From Minisyncoccota bacterium (GTDB lineage: Bacteria; Patescibacteriota; Minisyncoccia; Phycocordibacterales; JABAAK01): a stretch of DNA of 64,000 bases. Below, piece by piece: positions 29,488 through 39,435 of the stretch. The stretch spans positions 306,489 to 370,488 of the forward strand of contig OZ241963.1 in the NCBI GenBank assembly GCA_965204115.1. The letters run 5' to 3'. Made by a program: the position numbers and the translations under genes. The notes below the pieces were generated by a model that had not been told where the DNA came from, ran no database searches, and worked only from the letters and a program-made list of their open reading frames with translations. Positions within the stretch are counted from its first letter, which is position 1. Every line of letters begins with the position of its first letter.

Positions 29488-30747
29488 TCAGCTAATTCGC
29501 TCCTTTGTTTTTCGGCAAACATCCAGGATGACATGGACAATGATGAGGGCACCGGTGCCGCTGATTGCGAAGATAAAAGTTCCCGCAGTTGAGCCGGTTA
29601 TAACATAGGGCAGCGCAGCTACGGCAACCAAAAACACCGCGGCGTAAAAGAGGATGTGTTTCAGCACCTTGTTGAAGTATGCTTCGGTCTCCTCGCCCGG
29701 ACGCACGCCGGGTATGAATGCCCCTTGATTTTGAAGATTCTCAGCAATTTTTTTGGTATTGAAGACAATCGGTGCGTGAAAGTAAGTGAAGAAGAGGGTG
29801 AGGAGTGCCACCGGTATTGCGTAGTGGAAGCCGTTTGCCAGTAGTCCGTCTATGTGTGCGCCGACTGACTGTATCGCGCCCCACCCGTCAAGTCCGCCAA
29901 GAAACTTAAAACCGTACTGGAGGAACGCCATCACCGTCAGTGCGAAAATAATTGACAACACGCCGACCGGGTTCACCTTGATTGGGATGTAAGTTTTTGC
30001 CCGTCGTTCGCCGGATCCATACCCAATACCGTATCGAGCATAGGTGATCGGTATCGGTCGGTCAGCCTCATTCATCCAAACAGCAACCATGCAGCCGATG
30101 AGGATACCAATCGCACCAAGCACATAGTTAGTAATTAGTGATGGCGAGTAGGTTGTTACCATTTGTGTTATGAGTGTCGGAATATTCACCACAATACCGG
30201 CAAATATGATGAAGGAGATTCCGTTCCCGACACCGAATTCGGTGATTAGTTCTCCGATCCACATTGTCAGCACTGTACCGGCAACGATAAACAACACGCT
30301 CAGGGCAAGGTCAGGGATGGGTAGATTGGTAATCGCGCCCTGCGCCTGGAGGTAGTACAGGATACCGACCGCATTAATCGTTGCCACCGGTACGGTGACG
30401 ATTCGGGTCCATTGTCCGATTTTCTTCCGACCGATTTCTCCCTCTTCGTTGTAGAGTGAATGTATCTTAGGAGAGATGACGGTCAATAACTGCACGACGA
30501 TTGAAACGGTAATGTATGGAAACACGCCGAGCATGGCAATGGAAAAATTTGATAATCCGCCGCCGGAGAAGATATTAAACGCGCCGAGGATTTGATTTTG
30601 GTAGAGAAGCGCGCTGATAGTTGATTGGTCTATTTGCGGTATCGGGACTGACGCTATCATGCGAAACACTGCCAGCCCGATAATCACTGCGGCATACCGC
30701 TTCAGCAGTACCGGATCAGAGAAAAAAGCTTTGAGTCCTTTAAACAT
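29488..30747 (-). CDS. secY: Preprotein translocase SecY
   Basis: SIAMLGVFPYIT, WIGELITEFGVGNGISFIIF, FIPGVRPG. Confidence 0.96.
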   Translation of the reverse strand: MFKGLKAFFSDPVLLKRYAAVIIGLAVFRMIASVPIPQIDQSTISALLYQNQILGAFNIFSGGGLSNFSIAMLGVFPYITVSIVVQLLTVISPKIHSLYNEEGEIGRKKIGQWTRIVTVPVATINAVGILYYLQAQGAITNLPIPDLALSVLFIVAGTVLTMWIGELITEFGVGNGISFIIFAGIVVNIPTLITQMVTTYSPSLITNYVLGAIGILIGCMVAVWMNEADRPIPITYARYGIGYGSGERRAKTYIPIKVNPVGVLSIIFALTVMAFLQYGFKFLGGLDGWGAIQSVGAHIDGLLANGFHYAIPVALLTLFFTYFHAPIVFNTKKIAENLQNQGAFIPGVRPGEETEAYFNKVLKHILFYAAVFLVAVAALPYVITGSTAGTFIFAISGTGALIIVHVILDVCRKTKERIS

Positions 30748-30754
30748 ATAGTGC

Positions 30755-31192
30755 CTACTGTATTGTACCACCCGCAGCCTCTATCTTTTGCTTCGCCCCT
30801 GCTGATGTGCTGCATTTTTTAATGGAGAGCGGCATGGTGATATCTCCGCGAGCAATTATTTTTACTGACGGCACACGCCCTTTTACCTTTGTCGTGATAC
30901 CCCTGTCGGCCAGCACTTTCGGGGTGATAATGCTTTTTTCCTGAAAATGTTTTTCCAGCATTTCTAAGGTGACGCTCCGCACAGCATCCCTGTTCCGCAC
31001 ACCACGAGCGCGGTTTTTATTGTGTCCTCGCCGCTTCGGTATGCGCGCCAACTCATCCCGCAGTGCCGGACGAATGCGCCTCCCTGCTCGTGATCGCTGT
31101 CCCTTGTTCCCGCGACCGGATTTCGCGCCGCGGGCACCGCCGCGTCCTATTTTTTTCTTTTTCTTGTTTTTTGTTGAGAGTTCGTGAAGCAT
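30755..31192 (-). CDS. rplO: 50S ribosomal protein L15
   Basis: IGRGGARGAKSGRGNKGQRSR; AKQKIEAAGG. Confidence 0.93.
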   Translation of the reverse strand: MLHELSTKNKKKKKIGRGGARGAKSGRGNKGQRSRAGRRIRPALRDELARIPKRRGHNKNRARGVRNRDAVRSVTLEMLEKHFQEKSIITPKVLADRGITTKVKGRVPSVKIIARGDITMPLSIKKCSTSAGAKQKIEAAGGTIQ

Positions 31193-31209
31193 ATATCTTT
31201 TTGTAGGTT

Positions 31210-31878
31210 TTATTCGCTCATCATCGCGAACGCTTTCAGCGTTGCGCGGGCGTTGTTGAGATGGCATTTGCTGCGGGACTGTATCTTCGCGTTTATGCGC
31301 TCTACCCCCGCGAGGTCAGCGATGATTCGCACCGCGCCACCGGCAACGAATCCCTGGCTCGGACGGATGTGCACCACTGACGCGCAATATTTACCAATCG
31401 CTTCGCTCGGGATACTTTTTTCATCGGTCACCTGCACCGTCACCATATTTTTCTGCGCTTGATTTCTCGCCTTTTCCATAGCGGCAGCCATATCAATCCC
31501 CTTGCCGGTACCGACACCGACCTTCCCCTTTCGATTACCGACCGCTACTGCCACACTCAAGCTGAACCGCCGCCCTCCGGCAACCACTCGAGACACACGC
31601 CGCGCGGACAGCACTCGTGTATCAAATTCTGATTTTGGTTTGTCGGTGCCGCGTCTTTTGTTAAATCGCCCGAATGCCGATTGGCGTTTTTTTCCTCTGC
31701 CGCCTCTGTCGTTGCTGCCACCCCTTCTTTGTCCCCTTCGGTCGCCGCCTCTGCCGCCCTGCTGCTGTCCGTTGCCGTTCTGCGGTCTTTGTGCCTCTTT
31801 TTGTCCGTTCGCATCGCCCCCATTTTTCGCTGCGAGTTTTGCATTCTGTTGTGGTGCTTTTTCTGTGTGTTCTTCCAT
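31210..31878 (-). CDS. rpsE: 30S ribosomal protein S5 with long N-terminal extension
   Basis: RVSRVVAGGRRFS, GKVGVGTGKG, VAGGAVR. Confidence 0.95.
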   Translation of the reverse strand: MEEHTEKAPQQNAKLAAKNGGDANGQKEAQRPQNGNGQQQGGRGGDRRGQRRGGSNDRGGRGKKRQSAFGRFNKRRGTDKPKSEFDTRVLSARRVSRVVAGGRRFSLSVAVAVGNRKGKVGVGTGKGIDMAAAMEKARNQAQKNMVTVQVTDEKSIPSEAIGKYCASVVHIRPSQGFVAGGAVRIIADLAGVERINAKIQSRSKCHLNNARATLKAFAMMSE

Positions 31879-31888
31879 AGGTACTATA

Positions 31889-32239
31889 TTAAAATTCTAA
31901 CCCCCCTTCCCGCGCTGCGTCAGCAAAAGTTTTTACTGAGCCGGCGTACATAAAGCCGCCCCGATCAAACACCACCTTGCTGATTTTTTTATCTTTCGCC
32001 TGTTTTGCAATGGTGGTGCCCAGCTGCTTAGCGCCTTCTTGCGTGCTGCCACCGCCTCCTTTGAGGGAGGAGACCCCGACGAGCGTGTTCCCCGCGGTGT
32101 CATCAATGAGCTGCGCGTATATATGCTTGTTTGATCGGAAGAATGCGAGCCGCGGCTTTTCCGGAGTGCCAAAAACCCGCGAACGGATTCTTCGGTGCCG
32201 TTGCATCCTCTTGAGTGCTTTTTTTGCTGTCTTTTTCAT
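31889..32239 (-). CDS. rplR: 50S ribosomal protein L18
   Basis: [33 protein letters not shown]. Confidence 0.96.
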   Translation of the reverse strand: MKKTAKKALKRMQRHRRIRSRVFGTPEKPRLAFFRSNKHIYAQLIDDTAGNTLVGVSSLKGGGGSTQEGAKQLGTTIAKQAKDKKISKVVFDRGGFMYAGSVKTFADAAREGGLEF

Positions 32240-32257
32240 ATTATTATTGTTTGTATA

Positions 32258-32803
32258 CTATGCCGCTGCCGCTTCTGCTTTCTTCCCCTGCTTTCTGCGG
32301 ACCACCTCGCCGACATACCGCACGCCCTTATCCTTATATGGATCCGGCTTTTTAACCCGTCGCACCTTTGCGGCGAATTGTCCGACCTTTTCCTTATCGA
32401 AACCTTCAATAGTTATAGTAACATCCTGTACGCTTACCTGCAAACCCTCCGGCACATCAAATACCACCGGATGGGAAAAGCCGACATGCAGCATCAACTG
32501 TGTCCCTTGCATCTCAACCCGGTATCCGATACCCCGCACCTCCAGCTCTTTTTTGTACCCTTCGGTCACACCAATAATCATATTTTTCGCGTGTGATGCG
32601 TAGGTACCCCAGAGACCGCTTGCCAGCCGGGTTTTTGCCTTTTTCTCCGCCGTCAGCTCTTTGTTTGCGACCGTAAAGGTAACCTCGTCCCGAATTTGTC
32701 TCGTTAATTCACCTTTCGGTCCTTTTACCGTCAGCATGCTGTCTTGAAATGACACTTCCACGCCGTCCGGTATTGCTATTTTTTGTGATCCTATTCTTGA
32801 CAT
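32258..32803 (-). CDS. rplF: 50S ribosomal protein L6
   Basis: MSRIG, KGPKGEL, GFSHPV, PDPYKDKGVRY. Confidence 0.96.
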   Translation of the reverse strand: MSRIGSQKIAIPDGVEVSFQDSMLTVKGPKGELTRQIRDEVTFTVANKELTAEKKAKTRLASGLWGTYASHAKNMIIGVTEGYKKELEVRGIGYRVEMQGTQLMLHVGFSHPVVFDVPEGLQVSVQDVTITIEGFDKEKVGQFAAKVRRVKKPDPYKDKGVRYVGEVVRRKQGKKAEAAAA

Positions 32804-32804
32804 A

Positions 32805-33200
32805 TTACCAAATTGAAAAAAGTGCCTCGCCACCGGTATGCCCCTTGCGTGCTTCATCGCCGGTGAGTATCCCCTTCGGCGTTGAGAGGAATAGTGTGCC
32901 GTGGCCGCTTCGGATCGGATGAATATCCTGCACGCCGAAGTAGACCCGCCGTCCCGGCTTTGAAATTCGTTTCACATCACGCACCTTGTGCTTGCCGTCT
33001 TCATGGTAGGCGAGGGTGATTATCAGCTCTTTTTTCGTGCCGTGTCCCTGCGTTTCCACATTTTCAATGTAGCTTGCGGTACGCAATTTTTGCGCTATAC
33101 TGTTCCTTTTTTTGGAATACGGTACCTCAATCTTTTCTTTGCGCACCATGCCGGCGTTTTTAATCCGAATGATGAGATCCGCGATGCTGTCTGTTACCAT
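32805..33200 (-). CDS. rpsH: 30S ribosomal protein S8
   Basis: DSIADLIIRIKNA, RISKPGRRVY, STPKGI, GGEALFSIW; TAATG overlap with rpsN. Confidence 0.96.
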   Translation of the reverse strand: MVTDSIADLIIRIKNAGMVRKEKIEVPYSKKRNSIAQKLRTASYIENVETQGHGTKKELIITLAYHEDGKHKVRDVKRISKPGRRVYFGVQDIHPIRSGHGTLFLSTPKGILTGDEARKGHTGGEALFSIW

Positions 33201-33469
33201 TACCATGATGATTTCTTTAGTCCGGGTATATACCCTTTTTGTGCCTGCTCCCGCACGCATATCCGTGACAGACCGAACGCGCGAATGTACCCGCGTGGCC
33301 GTCCGGTGATAAAGCAGCGATTACGAATGCGTACCGGCGAGGCGTTTCTCGGCAGTTTTTGCAGTCCTTCCCAGTCGCCCGCCGCTTTTAGTGCTGCCCG
33401 CTTTTTCGCGTATTTTTCTGCTAATCGCACCCTTTTTTGGTTGCGTGCTATCAGTGATTTTCTTGCCAT
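33200..33469 (-). CDS. rpsN: 30S ribosomal protein S14 (89-aa, zinc-independent type)
   Basis: [36 protein letters not shown]. Confidence 0.96.
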   Translation of the reverse strand: MARKSLIARNQKRVRLAEKYAKKRAALKAAGDWEGLQKLPRNASPVRIRNRCFITGRPRGYIRAFGLSRICVREQAQKGYIPGLKKSSW

Positions 33470-33651
33470 ATGTATTTCTTACACGAAGCAATATCACACA
33501 CCATTATCTTTGTCCAGCCCTTTTGCGGAACAAAGAAAACCCTGCGGATTAACTCCGTTGGGAGCAGTATAGCATACTTTTTATACAGGATATGTGCTTT
33601 TATGTGTTTTGCTCCTGAGTAAGCATTTCTTGAAAGATGTGGTCAGGACTC

Positions 33652-36600
33652 TTAATTATTGCTGTAAACAGAAAAATGATCATCGTAATTGCCAAGGAGC
33701 GCATTACTCTCCATTCCTGGTATGCCTTTGATGTGGTCTACAACATCGCTATTTCTTGTTTCGAACACGGCTCGTAACCCGGCATTGCCGGCTTCTTCAA
33801 TGAATGTTTTTACCTTCCTTTTGAATGCTTCTTTTTCGGTGTCTGTAAGATTCTTATAGATGACGGGGCTTCCATTTTTTCTAAAAGCAATGTCAACGCA
33901 GGTGCCGGTATAGTGACAGTTGTTGCTATGTGGTCGTGTCGGCGGCCATGCTTCAGTTACTATCCATGTAAAATCTTCAATATTTTTTTTGAGACTGCTT
34001 TGTAATTTTCCTGCGAAACCGCTAACTACTTTATTGCTCTCAGCCTCTTTGAGCAAACCTGATGGGAGGTCGTTGCAGTTATTACAACTACAGTTCAGGC
34101 CTGATTTTCTTCTACTTCTCCGTCTTAGATGCCCTTCACATACTGCAATCTCTGCATCTTGTTCGCCCTCTTGTGGTCCTGCGTTGCCGCCCCTGTTATC
34201 ATCAGCCGGTGATTGACCGGAGGTTCTTCCTGGTGCCGGCTCCATATCATCCACAGGAGGCAGTTCTGCTTCGTTCCACTGGAACGGATTGCCCAAGTTG
34301 TAGCCGATGATATTAAATCCTGCGTTGACGATGAGGTAGGCACTGAGGATGAATATCAGCCCGAAGAGTATCGCTCTGAGTGCGTCCTTCACTTTCTTTC
34401 GCGCTTCCTGATCGCCTCCTTTTACGAACACATTAATTGCTAATACTGCCCCTCGGTAGAAAATGAGTATTCCCGCGCCGGTGATTGCAAGCCATAGCAG
34501 GAGTTTCATTATATTATTCGCTAATTCAAATAGGTGCTCTATACCACAATCATTTCCTTCCCCAAAACTGCAATTTACGATGAGGTTTGACTCTTCTACC
34601 TGATCATTACTGGTAATACTCACGGAATAACTACTGCTGGCAGTGGGGCTTCTACCGCTAACTGAACAGGTAATTGAGCCGGACGACTCAGGTGTGTCGT
34701 CATCAGTGGTTTTCATGGTAAAAGAGCCGGTGGTGTCCCTTTGGGTGGAGAATGAGAGCGGCGTAGCACCCCACGCGCCTCTTTCTTTGCAAGAGACCGT
34801 GAAACCCTCTTCTGTCGCATCTTGCCGCCGAGTAATAGTCCACTTAATACTTTCTCCCTCGGAAATACGAGCGTTATCTGCCTCTATGGTAAAAGGAGGC
34901 GGATTGGCGGGAGATGATAAGCGTGGATCGGGTGGTGCGTTGCCGCCATCATCACCGTTCCCGTTGTCGCCATTACCATTGCCGCCATTGCCACTGTCTG
35001 TCGTTGTTGTCGTAGAATCTACAGTACCGTCTTCATTAACGGTGGTACGATGTGTTTGTTCAATCTCATTTGAGAAATCGTCAGTTGTTCTCACAACAAC
35101 TTCCAGATTGGTTTCTCGGTCCGGGTCTACGGCATTAGGGATGGTTATACTCCAAGCGCCAGTTTCCGAATCAGCAGTAACAATGCTGAGATCTTCACTC
35201 AACGGTATGGTGGCTTCATTGCTTGTTACGGAAACAGCGGCAACCGTTGAGCCGGGTTCCGCCGTGCCGGATATGGTGGCCGACGGGGCGGCAGGGGCTC
35301 CTCCGACAGAAAATCTGATACCTCTGTTATAGGTGGTGTCTATGGTCACATAGTACTCCGCCTTCTCATAGTCAGTATTAGTATCATCTTTTCTGGAGGC
35401 GAAACAGAAAGTGTATCCGTTATCAGTCGCCGCACCAAGAGTGACCGGAGAGCCTTCTGTGTAGGTATTTTCCAATCTATCCCATACATAAATATCGGAA
35501 CCGCAAGGTTGATTTTTATATATTTTCTGCATCCGCCACGAAGTCTCTCCACGAGGATAATTATCAGTTGCGCGGAAAGTTATTGATTGTACACGACTCC
35601 CACGATTATTTTCCATCCCTGCAGGATTTGTCTCTTTATCAAAAGTTATGACAACCGGTCTATCGTCTAAAGCCCCTCCTTCTTGACGGTCACCCCAAAA
35701 GCAAATTGCCGTACTCCCTCCATACCCGCGGCATTGATATGAATTACTTGTGCCACGGGGAGGTGACTGCGCACAACGACAGCCACCAGGCGCACACTTA
35801 CCATTGAATACACTTCCTGCGCTACAGCCCTCACAAGTTCCGGAATTATTTCCACCGTTCTTTCCCTCACAATACCACGCGGCAAAAGTTCCTAAGTTTT
35901 GCCGGCAAAAACAAGCCCATGTAGCGGATGCGGTTGATGCGCTTATTTCAGTGCCGGCGACACACCTTGTTTGAAATGTGCCGCATTTGCCATCCACTAC
36001 ATTTTTTACTGTAACTGTTATTGTTCCACTTTTTCCTTGTGGGTCCTCATTGCATTGATCGTGAATGGGATTTCCACCCTCTCTCGGAGTGTCAGTGATC
36101 TCCCCGGTACAGAAATACGCTGAAAAATTTATAGTATATATATCTTCATCTTTTGTGTCTTCCGCAACCTCAGGAGCATTTGTTATTCTGATCATCTTAT
36201 CATTGGCTCCCTCCCGGGATTCATAGGTAATCCCTTCTGGGGCTTCTATCTCTATCCGCTTCATATATGCCCCTTCCTTGTTTGCGCCGGTAAAACAACT
36301 TTCATAAATATCCAACCAGGCACTTTCTTCCTGAAGTTCTTTCACTTCAAGCTCACAATCACCTGATCTATATTCCACGCTTCCCTCATACTCATTCTTA
36401 AAGATCATCCCTAACAATGTTTCACCATCGTTGCTGCTTTTGTTGTTAGGGTCACACGATAAATCATTGTCAATTTGTTCCGGTGTCTTTTCCCACCAAT
36501 CAATTTTCACAAAATCAGGCAAATCCCGCTTAAGTGTTTTGTTGATCTTGTCATTTTTAGGGTTTTGATAAAATATCCTGTATATTGCAAATTTTCCAAC

Positions 36601-36936
36601 ACCTGCAGGGTCATCCAAACCGCCGCCGTCTCTGTCTTTGACATGCTCCACCGTAAACCAATTGTTCTCAAGATTTTGATTTGGCTGTACCTCAGAGCAG
36701 TCAATACTATTAAATGGGATTTCAATTATTTTATTATTAATTTGAGATTCGCCGTTGACCGACTCAAAGTTCTTTTCAAAGGACCACTCACTTGTTGTGG
36801 TAAATACCTCGGGCCATGTCTCAGGACGAATTATTACCCCTTGTTTACCTTGCCCATACAGATTTACGGAAAAAAGGAATAAGAGGGATGGGACGATGAT
36901 AAAAACACCCAAAAGTGTCAATATATATATGCGCAT
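33652..36936 (-). CDS. Giant modular surface protein: Cys-rich repeats, Ig-like and Calx-beta-like domains, CPR pilin domain, C-terminal M15/Hedgehog-like Zn peptidase
   Basis: N-terminal TM/signal; DGKCG..C.AG..WYCEGKNGG repeats; ATISGTAEPGSTV; ISEGES...DDDTPE; pilin TM pair; VTEAW..H...HYTGTCVDI...DHFSV. Confidence 0.75.
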   Translation of the reverse strand: MRIYILTLLGVFIIVPSLLFLFSVNLYGQGKQGVIIRPETWPEVFTTTSEWSFEKNFESVNGESQINNKIIEIPFNSIDCSEVQPNQNLENNWFTVEHVKDRDGGGLDDPAGVGKFAIYRIFYQNPKNDKINKTLKRDLPDFVKIDWWEKTPEQIDNDLSCDPNNKSSNDGETLLGMIFKNEYEGSVEYRSGDCELEVKELQEESAWLDIYESCFTGANKEGAYMKRIEIEAPEGITYESREGANDKMIRITNAPEVAEDTKDEDIYTINFSAYFCTGEITDTPREGGNPIHDQCNEDPQGKSGTITVTVKNVVDGKCGTFQTRCVAGTEISASTASATWACFCRQNLGTFAAWYCEGKNGGNNSGTCEGCSAGSVFNGKCAPGGCRCAQSPPRGTSNSYQCRGYGGSTAICFWGDRQEGGALDDRPVVITFDKETNPAGMENNRGSRVQSITFRATDNYPRGETSWRMQKIYKNQPCGSDIYVWDRLENTYTEGSPVTLGAATDNGYTFCFASRKDDTNTDYEKAEYYVTIDTTYNRGIRFSVGGAPAAPSATISGTAEPGSTVAAVSVTSNEATIPLSEDLSIVTADSETGAWSITIPNAVDPDRETNLEVVVRTTDDFSNEIEQTHRTTVNEDGTVDSTTTTTDSGNGGNGNGDNGNGDDGGNAPPDPRLSSPANPPPFTIEADNARISEGESIKWTITRRQDATEEGFTVSCKERGAWGATPLSFSTQRDTTGSFTMKTTDDDTPESSGSITCSVSGRSPTASSSYSVSITSNDQVEESNLIVNCSFGEGNDCGIEHLFELANNIMKLLLWLAITGAGILIFYRGAVLAINVFVKGGDQEARKKVKDALRAILFGLIFILSAYLIVNAGFNIIGYNLGNPFQWNEAELPPVDDMEPAPGRTSGQSPADDNRGGNAGPQEGEQDAEIAVCEGHLRRRSRRKSGLNCSCNNCNDLPSGLLKEAESNKVVSGFAGKLQSSLKKNIEDFTWIVTEAWPPTRPHSNNCHYTGTCVDIAFRKNGSPVIYKNLTDTEKEAFKRKVKTFIEEAGNAGLRAVFETRNSDVVDHIKGIPGMESNALLGNYDDHFSVYSNN

Positions 36937-37002
36937 ACTATTGTCAGTATACTGCACGAAACATACTTGTAGTGCCTATGCGGCTGTGCTATCATATATC
37001 CT

Positions 37003-37575
37003 ATGATACTCACCGATCAACAAATAGCCCCGATAGAGGTTTCTGCGCGTCGTGCGGCTGGTTTTAGTGTGGGCGATACCGTGCGTGTGCATCAAAAAAT
37101 CACTGAAAAGGATAAGACGCGTATACAGGTTTTTGAAGGCACCGTTATCGCTCGCAAGCACGGCACCGAGCCGGGAGCGACATTCACCGTCCGCCGTGTC
37201 GGTACCGACGGCATTGCCGTGGAAAAGATATTCCCGCTCTACACTCCCGTCATAGATCGCATAGAGGTTGTCCAAAAGGTCAAAACCCGCCGAGCAAAAT
37301 TGTATTTCCTTCGTGGCAAAACGCCAAAACAAATTCGTGAAAAATTGCGCAATACTATGGCGGCTATAAAAGAAACGGTAGCCCCTGAGGCGCAACAGCA
37401 GGAGCAGAAGAAAGAAGAAATGGAACAACAGCCTGAAGCACAGCAGGATGAGCAAACAAAACAGGAGGAACAGCCGGAAACGGCGGCACCGGAGACACAG
37501 TCCGACCCGGCACCACAATCAGACGACACACCGCAGCCGGAAGCATCTTCAAAACCTGACAATGCTGCTGAATAA
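37003..37575 (+). CDS. rplS: 50S ribosomal protein L19 with Q/E/P-rich C-terminal tail
   Basis: GDTVRVH, RIQVFEGTVI, TFTVRR, VEKIFP, RRAKLYFLR. Confidence 0.95.
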   Translation: MILTDQQIAPIEVSARRAAGFSVGDTVRVHQKITEKDKTRIQVFEGTVIARKHGTEPGATFTVRRVGTDGIAVEKIFPLYTPVIDRIEVVQKVKTRRAKLYFLRGKTPKQIREKLRNTMAAIKETVAPEAQQQEQKKEEMEQQPEAQQDEQTKQEEQPETAAPETQSDPAPQSDDTPQPEASSKPDNAAE

Positions 37576-37578
37576 GTG

Positions 37579-38544
37579 TTATGTATTACGAATGAACGCC
37601 TCTACGGTCCGTTCGACATCAGCAGCGGTTTTAGCTTCTTCCATAAGTTTCATACGAAGTTCTTTAGCGCCGGCGAAACCTTCTATGTACGCCTTATAGT
37701 GCTTCTTCATCAAGTTAAATGATTTCATCGGGAGTTTTTGTTCAAAGAGTTTGGTGTGTTCAACCGCCACGCGCAGCCGCTCTGCAATTGGCAAAGTATC
37801 CCGGGAGACCGTTTTACTGAAAAGCCACGGGTTGCCGAAGATACCACGCCCGATCATAATACCGTCACAGCCACTCTCCTGTGCTTTCTGTTCGCCGTCT
37901 GCCCTGTCCAGCACATCACCATTACCGATCACCAGCGTCTTTGGTGCGAGCGTGTCACGCAGTGCGACAATGCGATTCATTGCTTCCCAGCGTGCCGGCA
38001 CTTTTGACATCTCTTTCCTGGTGCGCAGGTGCATAGACAGGGCGACAATGCCGGTCTGCAGGAGCGTCGGCACCCAAGTGTCAATCTCATCCTTGTTGTA
38101 GCCCATTCTGGTTTTTACCGACACCGGCAGTCCGGTTTCCATTGCCGCCTCTATAACTGCAACTGCTGTTTCGGGGTTTCTGATCATATCACACCCGCAC
38201 CCTTGCTTTTCAATCTTTCGATCAGGACAACCCATATTGATATCCAGTCCGTCAAAGCCGAGTTCTTTGGCCAGCATGCCTGCTGTATACATATTTTTCG
38301 GATTACTGGTAAATAGTTGCGCGACAATCGGCCGTTGATCTTCTTCAAACAGCAGGTCAATCTGCAGTGACTCCCTTCCGGGTGAGCATAGTCCGTCAGC
38401 GGAGACAAACTCCGTCCAAAATACATCCGGCTTACCATACTTTGCGAACATAGCCCGAAATGAGACATCCGTCACATCCGCCATCGGCGCAAGCGCAAAA
38501 AAGGGTCGTGGCAATGCCTGCCAAAAAGAATCACTTTTTTTCAT
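37579..38544 (-). CDS. tRNA-dihydrouridine synthase (Dus family)
   Basis: LAPMADVTD, DINMGCP, VSVKTRMG, GNGDV, MIGRG...NPW. Confidence 0.93.
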   Translation of the reverse strand: MKKSDSFWQALPRPFFALAPMADVTDVSFRAMFAKYGKPDVFWTEFVSADGLCSPGRESLQIDLLFEEDQRPIVAQLFTSNPKNMYTAGMLAKELGFDGLDINMGCPDRKIEKQGCGCDMIRNPETAVAVIEAAMETGLPVSVKTRMGYNKDEIDTWVPTLLQTGIVALSMHLRTRKEMSKVPARWEAMNRIVALRDTLAPKTLVIGNGDVLDRADGEQKAQESGCDGIMIGRGIFGNPWLFSKTVSRDTLPIAERLRVAVEHTKLFEQKLPMKSFNLMKKHYKAYIEGFAGAKELRMKLMEEAKTAADVERTVEAFIRNT

Positions 38545-39349
38545 ATAGCATACTGAGAGGGTTTCGCACATCAACAGATACAATCTTTGCCTGCTTTTTC
38601 GGGTCGGAAAACACCTCCTCAAAGATGATGTGGAGCGCGCGTGTTGTGTCGTACAGCGCTTCACTGCTGTCAAGCCAGACACCGATACCATTTTCAAGCT
38701 TTATGTGTGCCACCCGCGTGTCCCGTCGCAGTGAAACGGTTTTAACTAAGAAACCGCCGCTTTCAAGGTAGCGTACGATTTCCGGTATTTTTTGAAAATC
38801 GGTCACCGCTGATTCATCGCCGCCAAATACCTGCTCGCCGAGGCGCAATGAATCAGCGACAACGATTGCAGTGCCGACCAGTATATCCGTTTCCATAAAT
38901 GCCACACCCTTGGTGTCGATGACGAGACACCGGGTATTGGCACAGTGCGTGCCGAACGACTCTCTCTTTTTTGCAATAATGCGCCACTTGTTTAAAAAAT
39001 CTGATTCTACCGTGATGGCATCTGCCTGTAGAAATGTTGCCCGCAAGAGATTTTCAAATTTCTGCTTATTAAAAAAATACCGTGTTTTTCCCGGCACGCC
39101 GTACTCCCGATCACTGAGTATGTTTTTTGCGTATGCGAGCATGCCGGCTTGTACTGTCTGATCCACATCAGATTCCGGCGCTATATAAATTGATCGTACT
39201 GAAGAGAACGGCAGGTGCAGCGCGATTACTGTGACAACAGTAACAATACTCCCCGTTAAGACAATACGAATAACGAGCCGAAACAGTCGCCTTGTTGACC
39301 GTCGCAAAAACCAAACCCGCACCCGACTTTTCAAACCCCTTTTCCTCAT
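38531..39349 (-). CDS. FtsQ/DivIB-like cell division protein
   Basis: Basic N-terminus, single TM helix, POTRA-like region, IDTKGVAF, VDVR near the C-terminus. Confidence 0.65.
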   Translation of the reverse strand: MRKRGLKSRVRVWFLRRSTRRLFRLVIRIVLTGSIVTVVTVIALHLPFSSVRSIYIAPESDVDQTVQAGMLAYAKNILSDREYGVPGKTRYFFNKQKFENLLRATFLQADAITVESDFLNKWRIIAKKRESFGTHCANTRCLVIDTKGVAFMETDILVGTAIVVADSLRLGEQVFGGDESAVTDFQKIPEIVRYLESGGFLVKTVSLRRDTRVAHIKLENGIGVWLDSSEALYDTTRALHIIFEEVFSDPKKQAKIVSVDVRNPLSMLYEKK

Positions 39350-39435
39350 TACTTACAGGGTACAGCAAATCCCCGAACACTCCAATAGTGTCGGATGAAT
39401 TTTGAGATGTTGTGATCTCGGCATCTGTATGTGTG

